DNA of 64,000 nucleotides from Nemertoderma westbladi (Eukaryota > Animalia > Xenacoelomorpha). A program made the position numbers and the translations under genes. Shown here in pieces: positions 32,777-46,066 of this stretch (within the stretch, counting starts at the first letter, position 1; every line of letters begins with the position of its first letter). The DNA is taken from contig JAUCBJ010007886.1 of NCBI GenBank assembly GCA_032718475.1, forward strand, positions 9,757 through 73,756. Reading direction: 5' to 3'. The notes beneath the pieces are model-generated. The model saw only the letters and a list, made by a program, of their open reading frames with translations, was not told the origin of the DNA and ran no database searches.

Positions 32777-34510
32777 TTCTTAATTTTTTTGCAAAAAAAA
32801 ATATTTTTATTTTTTCACTAAAATCGCTCTAACTTCGGTTCTGGTGGTCCAAATTCAATAAAATTGGTATATTCTTTGCCGTAATTTTTTTCTTAATCTT
32901 TTGAGAAGGGGTTATTTTAGGCCCCAAAAAAATTAAAAAAAAGGGCCAAAATAACGCGATATTTTTCGACCCTTAAAATTCGTAATTTTAATTATATATG
33001 TTAAGATAAAAGATAGCGGAGTTAATTTGATACTTTTTACAGGTACTTTTGGCGCTAAATTATAATGGAATAGCGATTTGTTAAAAAAAAATTTTCGTCC
33101 CTTTTTATAAATATTATATTTCACACGATCGCCTGCCGCTCCAGTTTTATAAACCTCCGGCGCTGTGATTAACGCTGTTAGATAGATAATTTAACGCACT
33201 ATAAGTCTGTGTAAACAAATCTCGCGTAAGTTAAGTAGTTTTCGAGCTAGACGATTTCCCGCGAAGCAAGTTTGAAGCGCGAAATTATAATTTTGGCCCT
33301 CATTTTTTTAATATCATCCTTGGAGCAAAACCGATAGCATATTGAATTCCCCGTATGGATATTGACTGTATAGAATGTACCTTAACCAACTAAAGTTAAA
33401 AATAAAAAATTATTCGATAAAAACTACGTTACAAATTCTGGCCCTTTTTGGCCCCTATTGCCGACATATTTTTTGTACCCCCATTCGATAGGAACGTAGC
33501 CCCTATGATCTTCTACGAGTTTCATAAAAGAATTAGTGGATTCCTACCCGCGTTGTCGAATTAAACATTTCGGAAATACGTTTTCCAAAAAAGACGGACA
33601 AAAACGTACAAATTTACAGCCCCTTTTTCCACCCGAAATTTTAATAAATATCTTACCCCCATTCGATACGAAGGTAGTACCACTCTTCCCCTTTCCAACC
33701 GCGTTACTTTCGTCCCCGTACGATTAATATTAGCCGAGTTATAGCGGATCCCGCAAAGTCATTTTGTCCGTTTTTTCAACTTTGACGGACATTTTCGGAA
33801 AAAAGGCGTGGTAATCTTTTTTGAAAAAAAAAAACGAATTCACTAATTTATCCCTTCTATCATATCCCGGCGTCGGCTAAGCAATAACCTAGGGTTTTTT
33901 CGAGCCACTGTAGAGCGCCTTTCAAAAAAATTTTAAAATTGTCGAAAAAATGACGGTTTTTTGTCCGCCGTGTCCGTCGAAGGGTTAGATTTAATAATGT
34001 TAGAGTTGCTAATATCTTAGAATTCCGAGCCGCTCCCCTGGTGAGAAAATAAAAAAATTTGGTCAGTTCCTTCATCGAAAAGTCCCCCAGAATCCCAAGT
34101 TAACCTATATAGTTAGCGATGGCCTGCGGCTTTAGGAGCGGCCGCGGAATTCACCTCCCTCATAGCGGCCGCGGCGGTGTTGCGTCAAATGGAGAAATAT
34201 TTATCCCACCGAGCGAAGTGAGTGAGTGAAATATGAAACGGTATCATGAAGATGAAATGCGGGTAGGTAACCCATAGCCCATCATTGAGTTTACTTTATT
34301 TCACGACGTATTTCACGCTGACTTGAAAATATAAAGTTATTTATTATTTATTTCGCTACCTTTCCACCGATAATTACAGTAGTAGTCTAGTAAACGCTCA
34401 ATAGAGTGTACAAAGGAGAATCGTGAACTTGGTTCATCACGCAATTTTATTTTCTCAATGCCTTTTCTGATAATTACGGAGCCCGGGACGGACATGAAAA
34501 AAATATTTTT

Positions 34511-34615
34511 CTAACACGAGTCCTCATGATACAGTAGCTAACACGAGCCCTCATGATACAGTAGCTAACACGAGCCCTCATGTTACTAACATGAGGGCTC
34601 GTGTTACTAACATGA
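34511..34615. repeat. 27-bp tandem repeat ending in a perfect 20-bp-arm palindrome
   Basis: CTAACACGAGCCCTCATGATACAGTAG x2, then 34566-34585 / C / 34587-34606 inverted. Confidence 0.9.
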
Positions 34616-35803
34616 TCCCTCATGGCTCCAAACGCAACCATAAATATAAGCTAAATTTGTTATAACATAATTTATGTCATTTTTACATTTATTTATACAC
34701 CAACTAATTTAATTTGTGCAGTTTCTATCACTTATAATATATATACAATAATTTCGTAATGTTACAATTTTGGAATAAAACTACATACATACAGTACTTG
34801 TTGCAAAGTACTTTACGGTGCAGTGCTCTGATCCTCGTGGCTTTATTTTCACTCACTCACTACGTTCATGTAATAAATTTTACAAATGGATGCCTGGTGG
34901 TAGGCCTTCAGATTGAAATAGGGTTAATTAAAGGCCTTTCCTTTTTAAGACAGGATGGATGAAAACTTAAAGCAAATCCAATTGATCTCAAATGAATATC
35001 TCGTCTCAATGTTTAATCAATTCAGAGAAAAGGAGCAGGTGCAGCTATTCATAGCTTACCCGGTATTTAATCTGTACTTTACAGTATATATATCTTTATT
35101 CTCTAAGTAGCATTCAATCCTATCCTAAATAATTAAAGAAAGTCAATAGCACAGGTTACACGTTTATTCTGGTCAATGAAGTGTAAAATGACTACCCGGT
35201 TCTCTGGGGAGTAGAAATTATGACTAAATGGCCAAATAAATTTCTTATTACTTTGATCTGATCGTTTCAAGTTAAAGATCCTGAGCTCCGAATTCAAGGT
35301 TAAATTCTTCATTAAAAAGATAAAAAAACTACAGTATTCAAGGTAAACAGATCGTTCGTTTTGAAGTACATTGGCACATATGGTTATTTATCACTGTTAA
35401 GGTTGATGAGTCGTAAATACAGTGTCACATACAGTAGACTACAGTATGCTTGCCCTTCTTTGTATTGAGAATTTCCAAGCAGCATAACGTAAATGTAAAT
35501 AATATAATGTAAATTACATGTACCTCAGAATAAATTTCGTTAATACGTTTGCCAATAAGAGAGTTCCATACATTTATGTTCGCTTGAGTTACAATTCACA
35601 TGGCGGTGTGAGAAAGATTTCCATAAATTTTTGACCTTCGTCCTGGTCAGTCGGGCCTCCGTCATGGGATGATAAATAACTAATGCTTGTTGTCTTTGGC
35701 CCATACAAATTTTCTTCTATAAAGTACAGTTCTTGGCCGTAGACGAAGGTCCCACACACATGGGGGTACAAAGGTCCGAAAAAAAAGCGACCCAGTCGCT
35801 AAA

Positions 35804-35872
35804 TTTCGTCCCATTCGGACCTTCGTCCCATTCGGATCTTCGTCCCATTCGGACATTTCGTCCCATTCGGAC
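35804..35872 (+). repeat. 17-bp minisatellite TTCGTCCCATTCGGAC(C) x4
   Basis: Direct inspection. Confidence 0.9.
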
Positions 35873-36264
35873 CTTTGACCTACAAGCTACAACCCACAGC
35901 ACCTACACTTTAAAATATCACTTATCAGTCAATAACGGCACGGGGCAACAGGAGCCAGCTGCAAACAAAGAAACAATCCAATAGCAACGGGGAGATTACA
36001 GAAATTGACCTTCAATTATTGGAGGTGTGTACCTGTACACTGTACACTGTACATACTAAATAAAATTAAAGATTACTGTATTAAAGAAGGGAGCTTGCTT
36101 GCTACAGCTACTATACATTTCAGTGCTGCGTTATGGATTGCCCGTACTATGAAACGTGACCTGTATAAATAACTCATATCTGACATCCCATCTATTTTTC
36201 CAAGATATTTGTTGAAATTTGGTCTCAATATTATTTCTGAAGAATTTTCCATATACAGTACTAC

Positions 36265-36770
36265 TGTGACGGGATCCAGGAGGGATCCCGGTTTATCCGG
36301 TGTTAGTTCACGCGTCCCCGCCGTGTGTGAAGAGTAAATGTGTTCGTGTCGTTCGTTGTATAATGATCGGTATAAAGATATAGATATAGGTTGTTGTACA
36401 CGGAAGGCGGGATACGGTAACTAAAGCTAAACTATCTAACCTAAACTAGCACCAATATTGCACTGAGATAACTGAACTGATATGATTACTGCCAAGTGGC
36501 TATATTGCACGGTTGGCCTTGTTACTCTACCTAATCGATGCCTTTCCCCCCTCTGATTGGTTGATACCCTTGTTGGCGCCCTTTGGAGTGTTCCCGTTCA
36601 CTCCACCTGTTCTCTCTGGGTTAGGGGTTTGGCCCCTGACCCTCATTGTGTGCTTCTCCTTCCCATTCTCATTGGGGTGGCACGAGTGATTGATTACCCA
36701 ATCTCGTGGCCCCCAATATTGCTTATCGGCTTAACTTTATGGGGTGTTAGTGGGATTGAATAAGCTAACA
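36265..36770 (-). repeat. 3' LTR of outer BEL element (about 506 bp); PPT at 36771-36780
   Basis: TGTGAC...CTAACA ends; minus-strand G-rich polypurine tract (..GGGGAG) abuts TGTTAG; partner LTR not in window. Confidence 0.7.
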
Positions 36771-37479
36771 CTCCCCCCCATGCTATCTTCCCGGTAAGAA
36801 GATAGCATCAACCAAAAAGTGCGCTACAATCCCGCTGGATCCCGATCTAGTATCGGGTGTGGGGTGGAATTCTTTTCTCTCGGAGCCGGCTTTCCAGGCC
36901 GCTCCCTATTGGTATGATAACGCTACCCTGTATGCCTGGCGTCCCATGTCGGGCCGATCGCGCTCACCTCTCACGCGACTTTTGTTTCCCCAACACTTTC
37001 GCCCTGTCTCCTCTCCACTCTCACCCTAACTCTCTCATACACTCGGACCTCCTCGTCCCACACTCAGCCTCTTATTCTCCCCCCCCCCACATTAGAATTG
37101 CGTCCGCACTCTCTCCGCACTTTCGCTCTATTACTCCGTCCCTCAACCCCACTTTGACTACCTCATTCCTCCTGACGAATCTCCCCCCCTCTTGTGCCGT
37201 CGCACTCAAGAAGTGTGAAATTGTCTGGTGTCTCGTCCATAGTGCCATAGTCAGTTTACCCCCCAGTCCCAGTACCTAATTGAGAAAGGTTGTATGACTA
37301 TAGTACTTACTCCGAACGTATATTTGTAGATTACTAATTACTATGTACGTACATACGAATTGCACTTATATGATTATTTGCATTAATTAGATTTATACTT
37401 AATAGTTCGTACGTCTCACGCGGCGCCTTCCAGGCGTACCACGTCCAAGTCCCAGTCTCTCTCCCTCGGCTCTGGGAAC

Positions 37480-40031
37480 CTATCTGTTCCTCTGGGGATA
37501 GTTCCCCCTGGCGTCCTCTTCCCTGGGTCGTTTCTTCGTTACCACCGTTCCTCTGGGATCCGCTTTCTGCTTTCGGACCTTCGCCGCCACCTCCCTGCTG
37601 ATCCCGGTTGTCGGCTCCTTGGGCGCTGGTGTTATTAGTGCCCGATATCGCTTCGCTGGTGGCCCCTCAGAGTGGCCCGGTTGTCTCCCTCTGGTGGCGT
37701 CCCATAGGATCATCTTCATTGCTTGTGGTACGTGCTCCGCCAAGAAATCCCTAAACTCCCTTCGGTTCTGTGGCGTCCACCTGTCCAAATATCTTTGTGT
37801 GTTCATCACTCCGGCGTACGACGCCGCCGTTGCTACCTCTTGGTAGGTAAACGGTAGCCTCCGCTTTATGATTTCCATGTGAGTCTCCTGATTGATAAGG
37901 AAGAAACCCCACTTGAACTCCTGGGCCTTCATGCGCTGGCGCGTCATGGCCCCGACGTCGGCCCACTCCTCCAATCTTGCGAACTTCTCCTCGTCGTCCA
38001 TCCAGTCGCACTGGCGTCCGTAGTGTCCCCGAAAGTGGCACTTTGGACATCGGTTATGCAACCGTGGACACGCCCCCATCCTGTGGCTTGGCTCTCGGCA
38101 GTAGAGACAAAAGGTTCCCTTCTGGAACCGGTACAAGCAGCTCCTTTCCTGGTGGGTCTGTCTCCCACAGTAGTCGCAGCCGAGTACCAATGTCTCCCGT
38201 CCCACCTCGTCTTTCGTCCCAAGCGATCTCCGCGGTCTGTGGAGTCGCTGGTAGGCGAATTTCTCTACGTTGGTCTCCCTGTCTACGTCGATCTCTCCGC
38301 CCCTCTCGGGCATCGTCTCCCCGAATACTATCCGTGGTGCCGTCCCCGGTTGCTCGCCCAACCTGATGGTGCTCCCCGCGAAATCCATCGTCGGCTCCTC
38401 GTGCACCCAGGTCCGCTTGCCGGATCTGTTCCAGAAGGCCCTCGCCCCACTGGCCATCACCACCCTCCCGCCAACCCAGTCCGTGTCCGAGTGGCCTATC
38501 CTCTTGATGGGCGGCATCTCTCCGAACTCGTCGTCGTCCTCCTCCTCTGGCAGTGACTCCAACCCCGGTATCCCGATGGATCCACTATGTCCCTTCCCGC
38601 CTTGGCTCCCGCCCGTAGCTCTCCATCCCTCTAACTCCCTTAACTTCCTTGGCGGCTGGTCGCCTTCGGCGCCCGCTGGTATGGGCATCGCTTGCAACCC
38701 CGACGTCGACTGTCTCAGCGATCCCACCGTCCATCCCAGTTCTCGCCCTAGAGACTCCCCCGAACTCCCTGACGAAGTCCAATGAAGCTCGTCTAAGCCT
38801 GCCTGTTCCCCGAAGCCGTAACTCTGTGTCCTGGCCTCCTCTTCCCTCTCCTCTGCTTCTATCCTCTCCCGTCTGGCGACTTCTTCCAGTCGCTTTGCTT
38901 CTCGTCTATCCGTTTCTAGCTGCTCCCATCTCTGATACGGCATATCTGTCTCCCCGTCTACCAGATGTCGGCTGTTGTAGTACACTGACTCGCCCTTCAG
39001 CCCCGGGTGGTCTACCAGACCGTCGAAGGCCGTTTTAAAGGCTCTCCTGTAGCTTAGGGGTGATCCCGATAACAGAAATGCCCCTGGTTCCCTCTCGATG
39101 ACCACGGTCATAAATAAGTTAAGCAAACTTATCATCATCCAATCTTCCTGCAGGATATATCACTTCTGATATACCTTTATCGCTCCTCTGCGGAATTGAT
39201 ATATCTCTTGCTTTCCCGGTCTCGCTCCCCACTTTAGCGAGTTCGCTAGTTCTGCTCCGTATTCTTCCCTGAACTTCCCCCAGTCCATTGGTTTGTGGCA
39301 TACGAGCCCCAATAGCTGGCCCATTGCCACCGCCCCGCATTGGCCTGTGTTTTCGATTACCCCCAACCCATCCGGTGCCGTCATAGCCATAAAGACCTTC
39401 TGCATATCCAGGAGGTTGGTGGCGTCCGGACCGATGATTCTCTCCGCATCCTCGCGAATCGCCGATCCCACTTTCGTCGTCGACTTCTCTCTTACTAAGA
39501 CTTGTACCGCTTTCGGTAACCGGTTTAATTTCGGCCCGTCCTTCTTCCCATACGTCCCTAGGTCGAATAAGAAGATGTCCCATTTGGCGCGGCCAAATGT
39601 AGGAGTATGGTCCTGGCCGACCCTGCCGTTCCTCGTCTCGAACCCGCTTCGTCTTCCACGGTTCCCTCGTCATCTAGGATCATATATCCCCCTCTGTTGA
39701 CGGACTCTATGAATCTCTTCCAGTCCTTCCTCGGTGATTCCCTCGGGTACTTCGGAATCCCGAACTTCGCCTCGTCCCCTTTTACCACATAGTGGAAGTG
39801 TTGGAAGATCGCGTTGTCCAGCGACGGCGTCCCATAGGTCCCGACCAGCCGCTGTTCGTGCATCTCCCTGAAGTGATCCTGCAGCGCTCGCGCCGCGTGA
39901 CCCCTTTCCAACCTCTCGTAGTATCCTCTCGTCTTCTCTTCCGGATGCCTCTCGGTGAAATCCACCAGTATCTCCTTTCCTCCTGACTCCGCCTTTCTCT
40001 TCCTGATCAACTTGCTCGCCATTCCGAACAC
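37480..40031 (-). pseudogene. Accessory 3' ORF of outer BEL element with triple CCHC-like zinc knuckle (disrupted by frameshifts/stop)
   Basis: Overlapping same-strand fragments 39558-40031, 39119-39673, 39160-39471 and 37480-39138; CDYC..H..C, CLYC..H..CP, CPKC..GH..C. Confidence 0.75.
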
Positions 40032-40511
40032 TCACTCGCTCACCTGCAAGGTGGTGCCTTACCAAGGCGCAATACAGATGAGTGATGTATCTAGGATGTT
40101 CTGTACGGTTCGATAATGGCCTATTTCTTACTTAACTGCGCCTTTTAGCCTAAATTATTACTAATTAATTCTGAAGCTAGTAAATGAGCGTAATTTACGA
40201 TTTCTGTCCGTTACTTTTATTATGTTCTAGAATAACTTTCCTTGTGTTGCCATTATTTGTAACTTTCAGCCCTATTCTATTTATTTATCTATTTAATTTT
40301 GATTCTACTGTCCTACTACTTACTACTGCCTATGGATTATTCTATTCTCTAATCCACATTCTGGCCTACTCTGTGGGCCTATGCAGTACAGCAGTATGCG
40401 TCGTGTGGCCACACGATTTACCCAGCTGTACTCATATGCCCCCCTCTCGCTACTAACTGCTAACTAATATCTATATCTTATATACCCCTTTTACCTCTTA
40501 CTCTCTCTCTT

Positions 40512-41275
40512 CTAACTAACGGTACTACGTACCCTCTAACTCTAATTCTAACTAACTAACGGTACTACGTACCCTCTAACTCTCCTCTAACTAACGGTAC
40601 TACGTACCCTCTAACTCTTCTCTAACTAACTAACGGTACTTACGTACCCTCTAACTCTCTAACTAACTAGCGGTACTACGTACCCTCTAACTCTAACTAA
40701 CTAGCGGTACTTACGTACCCTCTAACTCTCTAACTAACTAGCGGTACTTACGTACCCTCTAACTCTCTAACTAACTAGCGGTACTACGTACCCTCTAACT
40801 CTAACTAACTAGCGGTACTTGCGTACCCTCTAACTCTCTAACTAACAAGCGGTACTTACGTACCCTCTAACTCTCTAACTAATTAGCGGTACTTACGTAC
40901 CCTCTAACTCTCTAACTAACTAGCGGTACTTACGTACCCTCTAACTCTCTAACTAACTAGCGGTACTTGCGTACCCTCTAACTCTCTAACTAACTAGCGG
41001 TACTTACGTACCCTCTAACTCTCTAACTAACTAGCGGTACTTGCGTACCCTCTAACTCTCTAACTAACTAGCGGTACTACGTACCCTCTAACTCTCTAAC
41101 TAACTAGCGGTACTTACGTACCCTCTAACTCTCTAACTAACTAGCGGTACTTACGTACCCTCTAACTCTCTAACTAACTAGCGGTACTTGCGTACCCTCT
41201 AACTCTCTAACTAACTATCGGTACTACGTACCTCCTAACTAACTAACTAACTAGGTATTACGTACCTCTTAACTA
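40512..41275. repeat. About 37-bp tandem array (about 20 copies) between pol and the accessory ORF
   Basis: Unit TAGCGGTACTTACGTACCCTCTAACTCTCTAACTAAC with an internal GGTAC..GTACC hairpin. Confidence 0.95.
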
Positions 41276-41419
41276 ACTTCTGCCTACTAACTGCGTACCT
41301 ACTATGTACTTATTAATTTTATTTTTATTTTCTATTTTTTTGTGTGGGAAGGGCGTCTCGCCCTCAATCCCACCCCCCTCAGTCCAAATCTTGGACGACT
41401 AAACTCTTCTCTAACTCCA

Positions 41420-44400
41420 CTAAGGTGCTCCTTCTAGCAGACAGCATTTCCCTACAGCTCTCCTGTAGGTTTTTCTGTCCTTTGCACCTATCTTACCACC
41501 TATCCGCACTTCTACCGATCGGACTCTTCCGTCCTCGTCGGAGTAAGTGCCTACAACTCTTGCTAACCGCCATTGGTTGTTGATGATAGTATCATCCGTA
41601 ACGATTACGAGATCTCCCTCTCTTAACTCCCTATTTGGCTTCCTCCACTTACTCCTTTTATGGAGTGTGGGTAGGTATTCCTCGACCCACCTCCTCCAGT
41701 ACTCTGCGCTTATTGCTTTAGCGACTTTCCAACTTTGGCGGGAGTGTATGTCATCTGGGTCTACACCCCGCATATCGATGGTCGCTGGCCTTTCCATCAG
41801 GAAATGGCTAGGCGTCAGCACGTCTAATGACTCAGGGTCATCATTCTCCGGATATAGCGGTCTGCTATTAATGATCCCCTCGCACTTCGCAAGTACTCTC
41901 CGTAAGACGTCCTCAGTGACCATGTGGGTGTTCATTAGCTTCGTCATTAGACGCTTTGAACTGCCCACCAGTCTCTCGACGCATCCTAGTGTATGTGGTG
42001 CATACGGCGTCCTTCTCTCCCACTTTACTTGTCGTCGTCTCATGGCCGCCCTGACTTCCTCCCCTTCCAAGATGTCCAAGGCCTCTGCCATCTCACTCTC
42101 TGCGCCCACAAAGTTGGTGCCGTTGTCGCTGTATATCACTGCGATCGTCCCACCTTTGCGGTCTCTAAACCTTTCTAAGGCATTAATGAATGCTGATGCG
42201 GTTGCATCTTGGGCGAGTTCTATCCTTACCGCCCGTGTGTTGTTGCATACGAAGATAATGCCGTAGCGTTTCTCCGTGTGTCGCATCACTTTGATCTTTA
42301 TCGGCCCGAACATGTCCACACCGAAATGCGTAAATGGCGGGTCGTGTTGTCTTACCCTACTCGCCGGTAGTGGCGCCATCTCCTGTACGGCACGCTCCTT
42401 CTTCGCTCGTCGGCAGGTCTGGCACTGCCCCACTACCGCTTTTACCTTCTTCCTCAGCTGTTTGACCCAATAGGTCCTCCTTATCTCTGTGAGGGTTCGG
42501 TTGGTGCCCCCATGTAATATCGATTTGTGGGAGTCCCAGATAATCTGGTGGACTATTGGCGATCCTGTGGGAATGATGATGGGTTTCGGTGGTACGACTA
42601 TGCTGTTGTTGTATCCCACCCTAGAATTCATTACTAGAATCCCGTCGTCATTGAGTTGTGGCGACAGCGTAATCAGCTCGCTGTCCCGTCGGAGGTGCTG
42701 TTGGTTACCGACGCGTTCCACCTCGTCGCCATAGTTCTTTCGTTGTTCATAGCGGATCACTGCCTTGGCCGCTCCTTCCAAATCTATGGTTGTCCTGATC
42801 TTCTTGTCCTTGCCAATTCCCGCAAGGAAATCCCCGAAGGCTCTCCAGTACGCCACTAGTTTCTTGGTCTTATACCAACTAGAACTGTAGCTGAGGAGTT
42901 TATCCGTCGGGTTATCGCACAGTTCTCGTCCTGGTTGCACGTCCCTAATCTCCCTCACCATCTGGGAGTATATCTCTTCTCCCTCTGAATCTCCCTCTTC
43001 TCCCTCTGACACTACTTCTGAGCCCGGGTCCACCTTTCTCATCGGCGGCCAGGCCTCCTTATCGCTCAGAAATTGTGGCCCATGTTGCCACAATACTTGC
43101 TTCTTCAAGAAAGTGTGGCGTACCACGCCCCTCGACAACAAGTCCGCTGGGTTCTCGTCTGTTGGGCAGTAGTGCCACCTTTCTAGTTCTGTGGTCGCCC
43201 TTATTTCGTCCACTCTATTTGCGACGAATATCGGGTATCTCGTCCTTTCGTTATGTAGCCAACCAAGCACTACCATGGAGTCCGTCCAATAGTGTGTCTC
43301 CACTATGTTGGGAATAGTGTCCACTAGGTAGGCTGTGGCTCTAACTCCTAGTCTCGCAGCTGTCAATTCTACCTTGGGAACTGATGCTGAATCTGGCGGC
43401 GTTGACTTTGCTTTGCTAAAGGCTAGTCTGGGCTTATGAGCCCCCTTTCGTTGTACTAGATAGAGTGCCGCTCCGTACGCCTCCAACGACGCATCGGAGA
43501 ACATGTGTAGGTCCAGATTCGTCATGTTCCCATCCGGGAAATACACTCGTGGCATGTTGTATGTTCCCATCTCCTCCAAGTCTCCTGTCCACTTGCTCCA
43601 CTGTTTCTTGATTTCCTCTGGTACCTCTACGTCCCACTCATCTTTCAATTTGTATACTCTCTTGAGTATCTGTTTTCCTGTGACTAATAATGGGGATGCT
43701 AGGCTTAGGGGATCGTATATCCTTGCTATATACGATACATAGCCCCTCTTCGTGTGGATGTCTGCGCCCTCCTGGCTCAGCTGATACTTCAGTTCGTCTG
43801 TCTCCCTGTTCCACACGATTCCCAATGCTTTCTGTTGAGATTCTGTTCTCTTATTCGCCATGTCCTGCCCTTTGGCTGTTGTGGGATTGTCCATGGTCGA
43901 TTCTGGTCTCCTGTCCTCTATCGCCTTAATAAATTCTTCCGAACTGGATTGGAATTTGGCCAGGTTAAAGCCGGATCCTTTTAGAATGTCGCGAACCTCG
44001 CGCCCTGTGTCCAGTATCTCCTTAACCGTATTTCCAGACTCCATTCCGTCGTCTACGTAGAAGCCGCGTCGAATCATATCGACGGCCCTACTGCTGTATC
44101 TATCTTCCTTCCCTTTCACTGTGTCTCTCACTGCCATAGTCGTCGTAAATGAAGACGACTTGGCCCCCATGTTCTGTACTACCATCTTATATGCCGGTAT
44201 TATCGACGGTTCTTCCTCGCCGTTATACCATAAGAAGCGTTGACTGTCGCTATCTTCTTCCGTTACACGGACTTGGTTGAACATGCCTTCTATGTCACAC
44301 GTGAAGGCGTGTTTCCCATTTCTAAATCTAAGTAACACCTCTATGCCCGAATTGTATATGTTTGGGGCTTCTAACAGGTAGTCGTTTAAGCATTTTCCGT

Positions 44401-44420
44401 CAGTCTTTGCCGATGCGTCG
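41420..44420 (-). CDS. Outer BEL pol, 3' part (RT, RNase H, integrase)
   Basis: DIEGMF, FYVDD, FSDAS, WTDS, NPADLLSRG, HGG..CQTC, VDMFGP, SDNGTNF, VERLVG; in frame with 60362-62757 after removing the insert (RMVV|DASAK). Confidence 0.95.
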
Positions 44421-44425
44421 ACTAC

Positions 44426-45622
44426 TGTACGCGCTTTTGAAGACCTTTAGCAGTTTAACCTGCCAAAATTTATATGTCTTTTGGTTTATAAATAGACTTT
44501 AGCATATGACAAGTATTTAATACTAATAAACACAACATTAGCCGAAGCCAGCCTAGTGCGCGTCCATTCACCCGCTGGATATACCCGGGAGACTGGATTC
44601 GGAGGGCTTAGATTTTATATTGCAGTGTAAGCTTACTGTATTATTCGATTGATCGTTAATAAATAATTTCTGACAAATATTATTCACTTTCGGGAAATAT
44701 TAACAGTTCCTTTAGGACGTGGCGCTCTATCTAGGTAAACAGAGATATGACTTATACTAAACACAACGGTAAGTCGGTAAGGCTTATGATTCACGTATGA
44801 GGCGCATTCTTTAGGAAATGCTTAGTTATCAGCCACAATCACGCACACTACCGGTAACGCACAATACTGCACAATAATCTGCCGACCATCAATGAATTTT
44901 ATCATACATAAAGAGAACAGCAATTGACTCATGTAGTGCCTATCAAATAGCATTAAATCCACTACAAACCACGATAATATAAGTCGCAATCGCTATATGT
45001 AACCTGTCTCTCTAACCTGTAGTGTATCAAGAAAATTGGGAAATTTGGGTTATTTATCGATGTTCTCCAAATAATAATATTCAACCAACTGATACAAATA
45101 ATGACAACAGTAAATAGCAGTATAATAATGTATGTTGAACCGGGTTGTACCGCTGAGTTGTGTTGTGTTGATAACAGTTATACGTTCTATAATCTAAGCC
45201 TACTAATGTTTCTTCTAAAGTCTGAAACCAATTGACTCTAGAGCCGGTGTTCTTGGCCTAGATAGAAACAACAAAACTATAACACAGAAAACAGTAAGAC
45301 AGTAAACTATAAGACTGAACACTCCTAGCACGATCTGTAGAATATCTCCACATCAACAGTAAAAATCGCCCTGATTGGCTGTTAAGCTAAACAAAGAACC
45401 ATGTGTCCAACGGCCGTTTCCATGCCAGCAACCAGCTGTTAGATGTCGTAATCTGAATCATCAAGGCTACACTGTGCTAGAGGATTTGACGCATTGCGGG
45501 TTTTATGCCTTGCCATGTCCGCCAAAGCACACATATAGAAGAATGACTTTTATGTCCGTTAAAACACCTATAACGGTACTTTGCGGGCAAGGGGACTGAT
45601 TATATCCGCAAAAGCTTTTACA
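44426..45622 (-). repeat. 3' LTR of inner BEL element
   Basis: TG...CA, near-identical to 59165-60361; PPT-like GGGAGCGG abuts it on the minus strand. Confidence 0.95.
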
Positions 45623-46066
45623 CCGCTCCCAGAAAATGGGATTCAAGTCTATAAATATACAAAAATCACAGTTTCTAATATACGTAAATACTCTAAACAG
45701 TTAGTCTTTCTTGCGCGGACGGCGTTTACGCAGTTTTTTAAAGCTGGCCAGAGTCTTTTTCTCTTTGGGGCGAGCCACTTTACAAGGAGGGCTATAACTC
45801 CTGGGTGAAGGGTGCAATATGATTGCATCAGAGGGTGTAGGATTATGGTCGGTGTATCCGCCAGTCGAAGTGCCGGGTTGATTGACATCAACGTCGGGGG
45901 AGAGAGGTCTAACGGCCTTGAGAGCGCGTTTTAGGACGGCCGATCTTACGGGTCCTTTACGAGTGGTCTGAACGAGAGCCGTGGGTGGACCATAGGCAGT
46001 CAGAAACTTCCTGGGTTTAATGGTTCTTTCCAACTCGCGTTCGCGGGCTCGGTATTCGTAAGGCCG

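Noticed and set aside
32120-34110. AT-rich region with recurring AACCGAAGTTA/TAACTTCGGTT and CCCCATTCGATA motifs, possibly another DNA transposon
   Set aside because: Could not define both termini, a TSD or a transposase ORF
37480-39138. Env gene in the BEL 3' region
   Set aside because: No signal peptide, fusion peptide or C-terminal TM anchor; the protein is charged and zinc-knuckle-bearing
40512-41275. Regular short repeats resembling a CRISPR array (also 2400-3111 and 63737-64000)
   Set aside because: Head-to-tail units without unique spacers, eukaryotic context, no cas genes
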